Shown: positions 50,652 to 61,900, counted from the first letter of the stretch. The stretch is 64,000 nucleotides of DNA from an uncultured Planctomycetales bacterium (GCA_964572345.1 CAZNFA010000006.1:89437-153436), one strand, 5' to 3'. Translations and numbers: made by a program. Notes: a model not told the origin generated them from the sequence alone.

Positions 50652-51635
50652 CTAGCCCACCGGGCGCGGCACGTTGAATATAACCGACTTGTCGTCGCTG
50701 GGCTGCGACTTGAGCCAGCTTGTCCACGAGAGCCGGCCGAGCATCCCCTGCTCGCCCAGCGGTGTTTCCGGCACCTCGTCGCCGCGCAGCGTCACCTGAA
50801 CGTCGAAATCCAGCGGGTCGTCGCAGTAGAAGGTGACGAGCTCGCGGAGCTCGGCGGCCTCGTCGCCGGGCGGCAGGAAGCGCAGGTAGTGCTCGAAGCC
50901 GACCGGCCCGATCTTCACGCGGAACTTGCCGCTGCGGTCGTACACGCGCTCGCCCAGCAGGAAGTCTTCGCCCAGGGAGCATTTGCCGAAGCCGAGTCGG
51001 TTCTGGTCGCTGAGCTGGATGGTCAGCCAGCGTCCGACGCACGCGTCCAGGTCGAAATCGACATTCTTGAAGAAGTCGCGCAACAGACCGCTGAGGCCGG
51101 TTGCCGACCGCGGCCGCTGCATGAGCAGCCCCGTGTAGCGGAACATCCGCACCGCCGGGACCTGCAGGGCCTCATCCAGGTGTGCGGTGGCGATGCCGAG
51201 GAACCCGCGGACGACTTGGGAGATCGGGTCGCGGCCGTCCGCGCGGAACTCGACGTAGTAGCGGTATTTCTTCCAAACCCGATACAGCAGCGAGTAGACC
51301 CGATGGTGGAACAGATCGAGGAACTCGCGCACCATCTGGTCGTCTTCCTGCTCGGGCAGCAGTTGCTCGGTGAAGTGCGTGGCCAGCGGCGAATCGCTGC
51401 CATACAGCCCCAGGAAGGTCGTGGTCAACTGCAGGCGCCCCTCTCCGTCGCCGATGCCGTCGCGCCAGGCGGCGCTGTCGAGGTCGGCGGCGGGGAACCC
51501 GAGGCTGAGGGCCGGGCGGACCCGAATCCGCTCCGCGTGGGCCGGGCCGAGCTGCCCGATGAGCGGGGCGTCGCGCTCGATCCGCTCGACCAGGTGCAGG
51601 AGCTGGAAGAACTCGAACGAGCGTGGTCCGCCCAT
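50652..51635 (-). CDS. tssG: Type VI secretion baseplate subunit TssG
   Basis: N-terminal FEFFQLLHLVE...LGFPAADL... pattern typical of TssG (ImpH/VasB). Start at the internal ATG (MGGPRSFEFFQ) to avoid a 37-nt overlap with tssF. ~330 aa. Confidence 0.7.
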   Translation of the reverse strand: MGGPRSFEFFQLLHLVERIERDAPLIGQLGPAHAERIRVRPALSLGFPAADLDSAAWRDGIGDGEGRLQLTTTFLGLYGSDSPLATHFTEQLLPEQEDDQMVREFLDLFHHRVYSLLYRVWKKYRYYVEFRADGRDPISQVVRGFLGIATAHLDEALQVPAVRMFRYTGLLMQRPRSATGLSGLLRDFFKNVDFDLDACVGRWLTIQLSDQNRLGFGKCSLGEDFLLGERVYDRSGKFRVKIGPVGFEHYLRFLPPGDEAAELRELVTFYCDDPLDFDVQVTLRGDEVPETPLGEQGMLGRLSWTSWLKSQPSDDKSVIFNVPRPVG

Positions 51636-51646
51636 CACCCAGCGGA

Positions 51647-53410
51647 CTAGAGGATGCTCTGCTGTCCAAGACGGGGCGTCCACCGATAGACCTCACCGAA
51701 TTTCGTTCCCCGAACGGTCAATTCCGTGAATGCGTTGATCGAGGCGTACAGCGCGAGAAACTCATTGAGCACGGTGGCGAAGACGTACATGTCGCCTTCG
51801 CCGGCGAAGCTCGCCTCGTTCATGTCCAGGCGGAGGGCCGTGCCGCGGATCGGCGCCCCGTGAATCAGGCGCTCGGCCGGCTTGGCCTCCAGCGCGACCA
51901 GGCCCTCGAGCCGCAGCACGTTTTCGCGGGCCGCCTGGCGGTCGTAAAGGGCCTGGTAGTTGTAGAGCTCCAAAACGCCGCGCAACGCCTCGACCGACGT
52001 GAGCGACAGGTAATTCAGCGACAAGTGCGAGATCAAGCGCCAGTGCAAACCGCGGCCCAGCGGCGGGCGCAGCGAGCGACTGATCGGCGTAATGTTGCGA
52101 AACTTGGCGAACTCCGGCGAGTCGGTAGTGGGCACGCTCACGTCGCCGGCCTTCAGCCGCGACGCCAGGTTGCGGTTGGAGACGCTCAGGTCAACGGAGA
52201 TGCTCTCGGTGGGCGGGACGACGTGCTTCTGATCGGCCGAGACGAACGAGACGTACGTATCGGTCCCCTCGCCCACGACCGCGTCGTACAGGCGCGTCTG
52301 GTAGTAGATTGCGTCGTTGCCGGCCCCACCGCCCACGTGTTGGAAGGCGTGCAGCGGCGGGTATTCGCGTCGCGCGGCCTCGCCCTGCACCAGTCCGACC
52401 ACCCGGTCAACCGAGTAGATCTCGTAGTGGTCGGGCGGGGTGCCGCCGGTCGTGCTGGGCCGGAGGCGGTACTGCGTTCGGCTATGATCGACGCGGACGC
52501 CGTCCGCCGAGTGCTTGAACAGGTTAACAATCGGCGTGCAGAACAACCGGAGCGAAGCAGTCTCGACGCGCAGGTCGTCTTCGGGCCGGCGGGAGAACGG
52601 CACCAGGATCTCGAAATTCTTGCCGGGCTCGAGCGCCGCCAGTTTCTCCAGACCCTCGAAGTCGATGAAGTAGAACTTGGCCGGGCAGGTGAAGTACTCC
52701 TGGAGGAAGCGGTAGCCGGCGAAGGAGTGCTCGGGGTAGGGCAGCACGGCCTCCTGGCGCGCAAACCCACCGGCCTTGATGTTGCGCGCCGGCAGGCGGA
52801 GACTCCGACCGCTGGTCGGGTCGCGGACCTCAACGTGCCGCGCGTAGCGCATCAGCCAAAGGTAGAGCGTCGAAGCGCGAACCACCTCATCCGCCAGGAA
52901 GAACCGCAGCCGGCGCAACTTCATCTGAGCCAGGGGGACCTTCCCGGTCGCCTGCAACGTGATGCGCAGTTGGGCGTCGGCGGCCATGGGCCTATCGAGC
53001 GTGGCGGCGGCGACGCCCAAGGGGGCCAGCTCGACGTCGCAGCAGGTCTGGAAGTGGCAGGCCGTCCCGTCCACCGGGACCGATTCCACGCTCGTGCCGC
53101 GTGGCACGGTGATGACGTCGGTGAGCTGCTGGGCCAAGGGCTGGAAGGCCAGGATCCCGGTCGAAGGCACGGGCCGCAGGTAGTGGGGCCACAGCAGCGA
53201 CATCATCGACTGGAAAAGCTCGGGGATTTCGTCGTCCAGCTTTTGGCGCAGCCGGCCGGTCAGGAACGCCACGCCCTCCAGCAGCCGCTCGACGTCCGGG
53301 TCGGCACCGGCGGCCTCCAGCATGTGGGCCACGGTGGGGTGGGCGACGGCGAACTCGCGCCCCATCTCGCGGAGAAACGCCAGCTCTTCCTGATAGTAAA
53401 TGTTGTACAT
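51647..53410 (-). CDS. tssF: Type VI secretion baseplate subunit TssF
   Basis: N-terminus MYNIYYQEELAFLREMGREFAVAHPTVAHMLEAAGADPDVERLLEGVAFLTGRLRQKLDDEIPELFQSMMSLLWPHYLRPVPS matches the TssF (ImpG/VasA) consensus. ~588 aa. Confidence 0.8.
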   Translation of the reverse strand: MYNIYYQEELAFLREMGREFAVAHPTVAHMLEAAGADPDVERLLEGVAFLTGRLRQKLDDEIPELFQSMMSLLWPHYLRPVPSTGILAFQPLAQQLTDVITVPRGTSVESVPVDGTACHFQTCCDVELAPLGVAAATLDRPMAADAQLRITLQATGKVPLAQMKLRRLRFFLADEVVRASTLYLWLMRYARHVEVRDPTSGRSLRLPARNIKAGGFARQEAVLPYPEHSFAGYRFLQEYFTCPAKFYFIDFEGLEKLAALEPGKNFEILVPFSRRPEDDLRVETASLRLFCTPIVNLFKHSADGVRVDHSRTQYRLRPSTTGGTPPDHYEIYSVDRVVGLVQGEAARREYPPLHAFQHVGGGAGNDAIYYQTRLYDAVVGEGTDTYVSFVSADQKHVVPPTESISVDLSVSNRNLASRLKAGDVSVPTTDSPEFAKFRNITPISRSLRPPLGRGLHWRLISHLSLNYLSLTSVEALRGVLELYNYQALYDRQAARENVLRLEGLVALEAKPAERLIHGAPIRGTALRLDMNEASFAGEGDMYVFATVLNEFLALYASINAFTELTVRGTKFGEVYRWTPRLGQQSIL

Positions 53411-53553
53411 GTCGACCTTCGACTTGGCCCTCAAAAAGTCGCCCGCTGATGCGGCAACTAATGTAGCGTTCCGCGACCCGCTTGGCTAGCCGCGGGACGG
53501 GCGTCACCGGCGCAGGTCCTCCGGCTGTCTACGGCCCGCCTCGCCGCCGACCG

Positions 53554-53964
53554 CTACCGGACAACCAGGCGACCCTCCTGGCCCACGTAGGTTTCGAACC
53601 GCACGGCGGTACGCTCTTCCTCATCCACGATCAGCCCGGAGATCTCGAAGCGCAATTCGAGCCCGTCGGTGTGCGGGGCGTGCCGGACGGTGACATTCCT
53701 CAAACGCGGCTCGTAGCGCTCGATGGTGCTGCGGATGGCGGCGGCAAAGCTGCCAATCGAGTCCGGCATGGTCCCGCGTACCTCGGTCATGTGCGGCAGG
53801 CCGTAGCGTGGGTCCGTCAAGCAGTTGCCGTGGCAGGTGTTCAGCAGGTTCTGCAAGTTGCGCAGGATCGAGTCGAACACCTCGCGGCTGGAGACGCGCA
53901 GGCGCCGCTCGCCTGTGGGGCCGGGGTTCCGCAGCCGTTCGAGTAAGGTTCGTTGAATCGCCAT
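53554..53964 (-). CDS. tssE: Type VI secretion baseplate subunit TssE (gp25-like)
   Basis: LLERL...SREVFDSILRNLQNLLNT...YGLP pattern typical of TssE / GPW-gp25 family. ~137 aa from the internal ATG. The track ORF begins at 53988. Confidence 0.7.
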   Translation of the reverse strand: MAIQRTLLERLRNPGPTGERRLRVSSREVFDSILRNLQNLLNTCHGNCLTDPRYGLPHMTEVRGTMPDSIGSFAAAIRSTIERYEPRLRNVTVRHAPHTDGLELRFEISGLIVDEEERTAVRFETYVGQEGRLVVR

Positions 53965-54129
53965 GTGGCTTTCTGTCGCGTTACGCACCTTCGGGTCCGG
54001 GACGCTGTGGGATCACCAGCGGCAGTATCGCGGTCCACGGCCGGCGCGTAAAGGGACTGTTGGCGCGGTGCCGCTCCCGGGCCACACTCCACAGGGGGTA
54101 CACCGATTCTGTCTGCGAGGAGGAGGGCG

Positions 54130-54321
54130 ATGCGCAGATTCGTAACATGCCTGGTGCTGCTGGCGTGTCTGTGGGCCGGTCCGATCGTGCAAGCAGACGT
54201 GGAGTACGATCTGCTTTTGCAGGAGTTCGAGCAAGCGCAGCAGCAATGGTTCCAGCAGCTTCGTGAGGCAGAGGTCTCTAACAGTCCGGTGCAAAAACGC
54301 TCGACGGCGCGAGTCCCGTAG
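54130..54321 (+). CDS. Small secreted protein (63 aa), hypothetical
   Basis: GAGGAGGG RBS before the ATG. Signal peptide MRRFVTCLVLLACLWAGPIVQA, then a helical Q/E-rich stretch. Opposite strand to the flanking T6SS genes. Confidence 0.4.
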   Translation: MRRFVTCLVLLACLWAGPIVQADVEYDLLLQEFEQAQQQWFQQLREAEVSNSPVQKRSTARVP

Positions 54322-54409
54322 CGTCGGACCTCCCAGTCCGACGTCTCGACGCCATGAACGCGGGCGCGCCGGACTCGGAGGTCCGGCGCTACAGTTTTGC
54401 ACCGGACTG

Positions 54410-55120
54410 CTAGGGCAGCTCTATCCCGCCGCGCGAGCCAACGGCGTGCCCCACGATGGTGTCTGCCAGGTGGGTCAACAGACCGTGCCAGGCCTGGCAC
54501 AGCGGCGGCATTTCGTAGTGCAGCAGGTCGGCCAGCAGCACCATGTCGCGGGCCTCGAACGCGTCGCGGAGTTCCCGCAGCTTCTCGGCCAACTCGCTGA
54601 AGTGTTCGCGTATGGGACGTTCGCCATATTCGACCGCCGTCAGGTCTTCGCCCAGCAAGGCGCAGCACCGCACGACGACTTGCTGGCCCGCCTGCCAAAC
54701 GCCGACCAACTCACCGACACGCTCCAGGGCCTCGGTGACCTGACCGGCGTTGAGCTGGTCCGCGACTTCCTGCTGGGCCTGGCCTGCCGCCGTGAGCTGC
54801 TCCGCGGCTTGGCGCAGGGCGTCGGCGACGATGGCGCGCGGGTCACCCGACTCCAGATCAACCCGGTCCTGCGGCGCAGGTGGCTGCGACAAACGCGCGT
54901 CGAGATCTTCCGGGAGCAGAAGCTGGCCGTTTACGGCGACGGAGACGACCAGCCGATCAGGCAGGTGTTCCGCGCGAACCCGGTCAATGAGCGCTTGCAG
55001 CGTGTCCGCGGAAGTGAAGTCTGCCTCCATGCGTTGGCCGTCGAGCGTTACGATCACAGGTCGCTCTCCGTTTTCGGTGATATCGGACCGTCGGCACCGG
55101 GCGGCTGAGCGCCCGGGCAA
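54410..55120 (-). CDS. Hypothetical protein upstream of tssE (unassigned)
   Basis: 236-aa ORF, GC3-rich. The N-terminal PVIVTLDGQRMEADF...VVSVAVNGQLL suggests a small beta-grasp-like segment followed by a helical region. No T6SS core family recognised. Start uncertain. Confidence 0.4.
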   Translation of the reverse strand: MPGRSAARCRRSDITENGERPVIVTLDGQRMEADFTSADTLQALIDRVRAEHLPDRLVVSVAVNGQLLLPEDLDARLSQPPAPQDRVDLESGDPRAIVADALRQAAEQLTAAGQAQQEVADQLNAGQVTEALERVGELVGVWQAGQQVVVRCCALLGEDLTAVEYGERPIREHFSELAEKLRELRDAFEARDMVLLADLLHYEMPPLCQAWHGLLTHLADTIVGHAVGSRGGIELP

Positions 55121-55146
55121 TTCTTGCCGAGGTTGCCGGCCCCGCT

Positions 55147-55467
55147 ATGATCCCAACCGTGATGAAACGCCGCCCCCGCTGGCTCGAAAACTGGCTCCAA
55201 CGGCACCAAAGCCCGCTGTCGTTCTGGCTGCACCTGGTCGGAATCCCGCTCACCATCGCCGCTATCGTACTGGCCGGCTACCAGCTCCATCTGTCGCGTT
55301 GGGACCTGTGGTACCGGCCGGTGCTGCTGCTGGCGGCGGGTTACCTGCTGCAATTCGTGGGCCATCTCCACGAGGGGAACGACATGGGCGAGGTAATCCT
55401 CGTCAAACGGCTGCTCAGGCGGCCCTTCACCGCCGTCTCGACCCGCTATGCGCGGGAAAAGCAGTAA
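55147..55467 (+). CDS. DUF962 / Mpo1-like membrane protein
   Basis: 106 aa with 2-3 TM segments and an HLHEGN motif, characteristic of the YGL010w/Mpo1-like family. Confidence 0.55.
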   Translation: MIPTVMKRRPRWLENWLQRHQSPLSFWLHLVGIPLTIAAIVLAGYQLHLSRWDLWYRPVLLLAAGYLLQFVGHLHEGNDMGEVILVKRLLRRPFTAVSTRYAREKQ

Positions 55468-55483
55468 CGGGCCGGGCCGGGAC

Positions 55484-55981
55484 CTACTCGAGCTGCCGGC
55501 GGAGGAGTTCCGCAATGGGGGCGAAGACGGCTCGATTCTCTTCGTCGATCGCGGCCAATTCCTCGTGCGCTCGCGCCATTATTTCGAGCGTGTCCCGGTC
55601 GGGGCGGTCGCTGCCGCCGCACGGAACCGGCCGTACGTGCTCCGGCGGCTGGGCGGCGGCAAACTCGAACAAGGCCGCGATGCGCATTTTCTCGAACGAG
55701 GCCTGGCAACGCGGCGAGCAGCCGACCAAGCATAGCTTGCCGCCGGCTGTCCGCTTCAGACACTTCCGTAACCCGATGAGCCAGCCGGCGAAGGTGCTAT
55801 CCACCCAGTCGCAGCCCGTCAGATCAAGCGTGACGCTGGGCTCGGTCTTGTGCGCCGCGAGGTAATCGGAGACCAGCCGGTCGGCCGTCGAACAGACCCG
55901 CTGCGTGGCCCGCTCGTTCACCGCCAGGTAGAGCCCGCCCGCGGCGCTGCCGACCCCGATCGCGGGTGCTTGATCGCTCAT
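55484..55981 (-). CDS. STAS-domain protein (anti-sigma-factor-antagonist-like)
   Basis: Internal ATG (MSDQAPAIG...). LDLTGCDWVDSTFAGWLIGLRKCLKRTAGGKLCLVGCSPRCQASFEKMRIAALFEF fits the STAS fold pattern, with an extra C-terminal extension. Confidence 0.55.
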   Translation of the reverse strand: MSDQAPAIGVGSAAGGLYLAVNERATQRVCSTADRLVSDYLAAHKTEPSVTLDLTGCDWVDSTFAGWLIGLRKCLKRTAGGKLCLVGCSPRCQASFEKMRIAALFEFAAAQPPEHVRPVPCGGSDRPDRDTLEIMARAHEELAAIDEENRAVFAPIAELLRRQLE

Positions 55982-56269
55982 GGCACGAATCGCAGTGAAT
56001 GGTCCATGTCTTCGGCGACGAGTATACCACAAGCAGCGGCGCGGTGGTCGGGTGCATCGGGAACGGCGCGCCGTCAGGCAGCGTCGGCCTTCGTCGGACC
56101 TGACGGCAAGCAGTTGGTCGGCCCTTGCCCGGCGTCCGACGGCCCGGCTATGATGAAACAAGGCGTGGCCACGTCCGGCGTAGGCGGGCAGTGTTGCTCA
56201 CCAAGCAGACACCGCGGCCCGGCCTCACTGGACGCTGCCGCCGGTCGGAACGATACGGAGGGATGTCAG

Positions 56270-56650
56270 GTGGAAAAGAAGACCGTTGCCATCGTGGGGG
56301 CCTCGGCCGATCGGTCGAAATACGGCAACAAGTCCGTCCGGGCCCACCTCAAGCAGGGCTGGGAGGTCTACCCGGTCAATCCCAAGGGCGGCGAGATCGA
56401 AGGGCTCAAGGTCTACACTTCGCTGGCGGAAATCCCCGTCAAGCTCGATCGCGTGACGCTCTATCTGCCGCCGGCGATCGGCCTGAAGACGCTCCCGGCC
56501 ATCGTGGCAGCAAATCCGGGCGAACTCTTCGTCAACCCCGGGGCCGAGAGCGACGAGCTGGTCGCCGAAGCCCAACGGCTCGACCTGGACCCGATCCTGG
56601 CGTGCAGCATTATGGACCTGGGCACCATGCCGGCCGAGTTCGCTGACTAA
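56270..56650 (+). CDS. CoA-binding domain protein (YccU-like)
   Basis: GTG start preceded by GGAGGG. KTVAIVGASADRSKYGNKSVRAHLKQGWEVYPVNPKGGEIEGLKVYTSLAEIP is typical of the CoA_binding_2 family. Confidence 0.65.
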   Translation: MEKKTVAIVGASADRSKYGNKSVRAHLKQGWEVYPVNPKGGEIEGLKVYTSLAEIPVKLDRVTLYLPPAIGLKTLPAIVAANPGELFVNPGAESDELVAEAQRLDLDPILACSIMDLGTMPAEFAD

Positions 56651-56765
56651 CGCTTTCCAGGGTGCCACGGACAGGCTTGTCTGCCCGTGCGTAACTCATA
56701 TTGGCAGGGCGGCTTTCACCCGCCGATGCCATATGGCGGGCAAAGCGCTCGCTACCCGCCCGACC

Positions 56766-58691
56766 CTACGGGGCCTTGACCAACTTGCAGGTCAAGGTGG
56801 CCGCGCCGTCGGTTGACCCGTCATAGGCCAACTCGACCTCGTACAAGCCTGGCTTGGCGAAGTCGATCGGCTTCGTGGTCGGCCATTCGTGCTGCGCGTG
56901 CCGGAGCGTAAACCAGTAGCACTTGCTGGGGACACTGCTGATCGTGAATCGGCCATCATCATCCGTCTTGACAGAGGCGAGGGCGCTGCTCGAGGGCGGC
57001 AGCTCGTCGCCCTCTAGCGAGACGTACTTCGCCGGAACCGGCCGACCGGTCTCATCCACGAGGCGACGCTTCACGACCGCAGCAGGCACCATCACGAAAT
57101 CCAGGCGGTACGGCTCCTTTGGGACTAGCACACCGGCTGTCGTCGGGCCCCAGGTGGCCCCTCTGTCGCGCGAATCATCCGCCATCAGTAAACCGCCCTG
57201 GCGGCACAGGTTTGCTTCGTAGTATCCGTGCTTATGGGCAAAGATTGTCGCCGCCTGTACGCCCGCGTGCCATTCCTCTTTCTGCTCGTCCCAATAATGT
57301 ATGCCCGGCATGGGGCGCAACGTGTAGCGGCCGTCGGGTCCGGTGATCGCCACGTCGGTCCTGCGGAGGGTCCCGTGCCCGCAGTGCGCTGAGATCTCAA
57401 CGCGCGGCATCGGGTTGCCGGCGTTATCTGTGACCCGGCCGGTGACGCACCACGGCCAGCGCCGCCAGACTTCCACTTCGTCAAGGAAGACCGGCTGCAG
57501 CGTGAGATCGAACTGGTTCTTCTGGCCCGGCCCGACCGGTACGCGAACGCGGTCCGTCGTGAGATAATCCGCCGGCCGATGCCCGCGAACGGTCTTCTTC
57601 GCCTGCAACCAGTACTCCCCCGGTGCCAGGTGCGCGTAGCGGGCGACGCCGTCAGCATCGCTCGAGTACTCGGCGCCCAGCGGGAAGCCATCAGCGCGCA
57701 TCAGCAGGACGCGAGCACCATCCAGCGCCTCGCCGGTGGCGGCATCGGTGAGCTTGACGCGCAGCGCGGCCCCGTCATCCAGACGAACCGTCACCGTGGC
57801 CCTCGGTCGCCTTTCATCCAGCCGGATGATCTCGCTGACGCCCATCGGCGTGGGGTCCGGGTCCGGATCGCGCAGCGCCCTGACAGCGGTCACGCGGTAT
57901 TCGCCCGATCCCAGGTTCTCGAACACCGTCTCGGGTTGATCCATGTGGTCAACGTTTATGCCGTAGTTGTCCCCGCAGGGTTCCCACGTCCGCTCAGTAG
58001 CCGGGTCGTGCCACACGGTTCCCAGGGCTCGCGGATTGTTCCCATGGGCGCGGAACGCGCCGAGGCACTGCTTCTCGTCGGCGCGGATGGCCCGCCAGAG
58101 GCGAATATATCCCGCTTGGGCAGACTCTCCCCGGTCGTCCACGACCTGCACACTCAGGGAGAGGTTTCCCTTCCCGCGCGTAACCGGAGACGTGCGGCGG
58201 AGTCCGACAGTGATGGCCGCCGTGTCCGGTGCCCGCTCAAGGGCCACCACAAACCGGGCCGCCTTCGAGACCGCCTCCCACGGCTCAAGCCGCAACCACA
58301 AGTCGCCCTCGACGGACACGCGGGAAAGGCGCATGAACTTCTCCGTGGCGAAGACCCCGTCTGGACGCCCGAGTTTCTGGCCGTCCGTGTCCAGGAGCTC
58401 CACACTCACGCGCCATTTGGCGGCGGCCACCATTTTCTTGACCAAGCGTACGGCGGCCCGCAGGCTGTCCCCGACCTTCTCGAAGCGGATCGAGCGAGCT
58501 TGCACCACGTTGGCTTCCTCGGCAATGCCCAGGCGGATATCGATCGGGACGGCTTGGCCGAGCGCGAACTCCCCTTCGAAACAGGCGGTTTCGTGTGCAG
58601 TCTCCTGCGGTTGGGAGGTTTGCGCAACGCCGACCGGTCCCGCACCCAGGCACGATACGATGGAGATCACAGCCAAAGAAAACCTACTCAT
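56766..58691 (-). CDS. Secreted protein with carboxypeptidase-regulatory-like (transthyretin-like) beta-sandwich domains
   Basis: Signal peptide MSRFSLAVISIVSCLGAGPVGVAQ. Several segments of the form ...TGRVTDNAGNPMPRVEIS... / ...RVLLMRADGFPLGAEYSSDADGVARYAHLAPGEYWL. ~640 aa. Confidence 0.5.
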   Translation of the reverse strand: MSRFSLAVISIVSCLGAGPVGVAQTSQPQETAHETACFEGEFALGQAVPIDIRLGIAEEANVVQARSIRFEKVGDSLRAAVRLVKKMVAAAKWRVSVELLDTDGQKLGRPDGVFATEKFMRLSRVSVEGDLWLRLEPWEAVSKAARFVVALERAPDTAAITVGLRRTSPVTRGKGNLSLSVQVVDDRGESAQAGYIRLWRAIRADEKQCLGAFRAHGNNPRALGTVWHDPATERTWEPCGDNYGINVDHMDQPETVFENLGSGEYRVTAVRALRDPDPDPTPMGVSEIIRLDERRPRATVTVRLDDGAALRVKLTDAATGEALDGARVLLMRADGFPLGAEYSSDADGVARYAHLAPGEYWLQAKKTVRGHRPADYLTTDRVRVPVGPGQKNQFDLTLQPVFLDEVEVWRRWPWCVTGRVTDNAGNPMPRVEISAHCGHGTLRRTDVAITGPDGRYTLRPMPGIHYWDEQKEEWHAGVQAATIFAHKHGYYEANLCRQGGLLMADDSRDRGATWGPTTAGVLVPKEPYRLDFVMVPAAVVKRRLVDETGRPVPAKYVSLEGDELPPSSSALASVKTDDDGRFTISSVPSKCYWFTLRHAQHEWPTTKPIDFAKPGLYEVELAYDGSTDGAATLTCKLVKAP

Positions 58692-58923
58692 CTTGCAGCC
58701 TCCGGTGTAACCCATCACGCTTCCGAGCAAGCAACTATGGGCAGGCGCCCTCATAGTAAGACGCCCTAACCGTCCCGGAGTTCCCCGTCCGGCGATCCCC
58801 GGACACCGTGTTATACGCACCCGGCTTCATATAGTGACATGTCATGCCGCCCACGCCCTTCAGAACGGGTATCCAACCGGGTCTCGCCAGCGCAGAATTC
58901 ACCAAGATTCTGGGAGCGATGCG

Positions 58924-61900
58924 ATGCGACGAACTCTACTCGCGGGGCTGATCGTCTTCGGCTGGGGTACCCTCGGAAGCCCGGCTGGGGAGTATTCGCC
59001 GGGGAAGCTCGTGATCGTGCCTCCGGCGGATGCCGATCCGCTGGTCACGCTGGCGGCGTCCGAGCTACGTCACTACGCGTATCTGCGGACGGGGATGCTG
59101 CCACCCGTCAGGGGCATGATCCCGGCCCACGAGCCCTCGATCACTCTGCTGAACGGGCCCGGTGAGAACCTCCCCGTCGGCGGGCCGGATCCGAATCAGA
59201 ACCACGCCATCTACGTCGCGTCGCGCTCGCCGTTGAAGATCGTGGTGCACGGCGCGAGCCCGGCGGCCACACTCTGGGCAGCGTATGCGCTCATCGAGAG
59301 CTGGGGCTTGGGCTTCTACCTGGGCGGTGACGCGGTGCCCAAACGCGATCCCAATTTCACCGTCGAGCCGATCCAAGCGACGTACGCCCCCGTGCTCGCC
59401 ATCCGCGGCAACCTGCCGTGGTTCAACTTCCTCAACAGCCCGACCACCTGGAACCCGCAGGACTACAAGACGTTCTTCAGCCAGATGGCCAAGCAGAAGG
59501 CCAACTTCATCGGCTTTCATGCCTACGATCACGAGCCCTTCGGCGGCTACAACATCACGCGCGCCAAAGCGAAGATGGGCGGGCCGCTGATGACGACCAT
59601 TTCGGCGCACCGCTGGTGGTCGCCGCACGCCATGTCCACCAAGGACTTCCTGTTCGGCACCGACCTGTTTTTCGATCGCGGCGAATGGGGCTGCGAGGTC
59701 GGCATCGAGGACGCCTGGACATTCGCCCCCGGGCGGACAGTCCGGCTGCAACAGCAGATGATGGCCGACGCGCTGGCGTACGCACGACGCCGCGCGATCA
59801 GAACGTGTCTCGGCTGGGAGGTGCGCGGCAACCCGGAAGACCCGAACGTGCGGGCCGCGTTCCGCCAGCGCCTGAGGCACACGCTCGCCACGTACCCGCT
59901 GGACTACGTCTGGATCTGGCAGAGTGAGGGGCGCGGCACCGGCGGCCGGCCGGAAGGCACCGGCGTGGACCCCGACATCGCCCAGGCGTTCGCCTACCTG
60001 GGACCCAAACGCGATCTCTCCGAGGCCGCGCGCATCACCAAGTTCGTCCGGCTCGCACACGAAACGCTGCACGAGCTCGCGCCACAGGTGCGGCTGATCG
60101 TCAGCGGCTGGGGCGGCGACCAGTGGATGCGCTTCACCACCCTCTACGAAGGGCTCGATCAGGTCGTGCCGCCGGATGTAATCTTCGCCGCCCTGGACAA
60201 CATCGACCCGCGCCTGGCGGACCAGGTTTCCGAAGTGTACGCCAAAGTAAGCCCACAGCGCGAGCGCTGGCCGATCCCGTGGTTCGAGTCGGACGGCGGG
60301 CACACGCGCGTCGATCAGACCGGACCGCAAACGAACGTCACCGCGTTCGAGCCGCTGCTGCAGGACATCGTGCGGAAAGGCTGCCAGGGTGCGCTGGGCA
60401 TCCACTGGCGGACGCGCAACGTCGAGGACGTGGCGGGGTATCTCTACCGCTTCGGCTGGAACCCGGATCTAACGGCGGCGGAGTTTTTCCGCCGATACGC
60501 CGAGGATCACTACAGCCCGAAGGATGCCGAGCACATGGCGCAGGTCCATCTGCGGTTGGAGGAATTGGGTCCGCAGTATGTCGGGGCGGCCGGGTGTATC
60601 GAATGCTCGACGCCGTTCACGTGGTTTTTCGAGCCGCGCGGGCCGCACGCGGGTCACAAGCCGAACGTGGCGGGGCATCTGCCGGATGCGGAGCGCGTCC
60701 CCGAACTGAGGGCACTGGCGAAGGACTTGCTTGAGCGAAGCGAGCGGGCGGCGGCCGACGGGCGTCACCATGAGGCGAAGCAATACCGCGATCTGGCACA
60801 GACGATCCGCTGGCTCCTGGCCCGGGCACGCGTGGGGTGGGAGATCTGGAACAGCGCCGCGCCGCTGGAACAGCGACTTCGCGACGCTGAGCGGCTGGTC
60901 GAACCGGGCCGGGTGGACCAGGCGCGGGCGGCAGCGCGCCGCCTTTTGGCCGATCTTGAAGCGCTCGACTTTCGCGAAGGGTTGGAGGCACTCGCGAGCA
61001 CGTGTCGCACGCGCGGTGAGTTAGGCATGTTGGCCACGGCCAACTCGCGCTACGGGCGGTTCTACGCGACGTTCGTGCAGCGCGTCGCACAGATCCTGGG
61101 CGAGCCGCTGCCGCAGGCGCGCGGGGCCGGGCGCTGGACAGGGCCCGAAGTGCTAACGGTCTTTCCGGTGCCGAACCGGGTAGCGGCTAACGAGACGGTT
61201 CATTTTGACGCGGTGCTGCTGCCGGCGGATCGCGCAACGGCGTTTCACGTGAAACTCGTCGGCCTGACGCCCAGCGCGCCAGACGTCTCTCTGCTGCTCG
61301 CGCGTCTCGGCGGTGCATACTATCGGGTGGTGTTTCATCCGCCGGGAGAAGGTGTGTGGGCGTGGTCTCTAACGCCAAATGGCGCCTATCAGCGCCCGTC
61401 TGGCGCGATTCCGCTCCCCGAAGGCATGTTGACGATCGGTCCGCCAGTCGGCCCAGTCGAGCCGAGCTATCGTCCGCCGCCGCGCCGCGTCCAGCAGGAG
61501 CCGGTGTTGAAGATCGATTTCGACCAGCCGCTGCGCGAGTACGGCGACGTGGTGGGGAACGCGAAGAGGACGGCCGGCGTGCGCGGGCAGGCGCTGGATA
61601 CGCGCGCGGGCGGTTTCCTGCGGCTGACCGACGCGAGCGCAGCGGTCGCGTTCGGCGGTCCATTCTCGATCGTGTTTTTCGCCCGGCCGGAGCCCTGGGA
61701 CGCAGACCCCCAAATGCCGGTGCTGCTGTCGAAGGGGACCTGGATGGGCGACGGGTATTTCATCCAGCTCTACCGGGGGAAGGTGCGGGTCGGTCTTGGA
61801 GAGCAGCGTTCCCTCGATGCGGCGACGCTGGAGCCGGGACGCTGGACGCACGTCGCGGTTGCCTACGACGGTGCGGAAGCGCGGTTGTACCTGGACGCTG

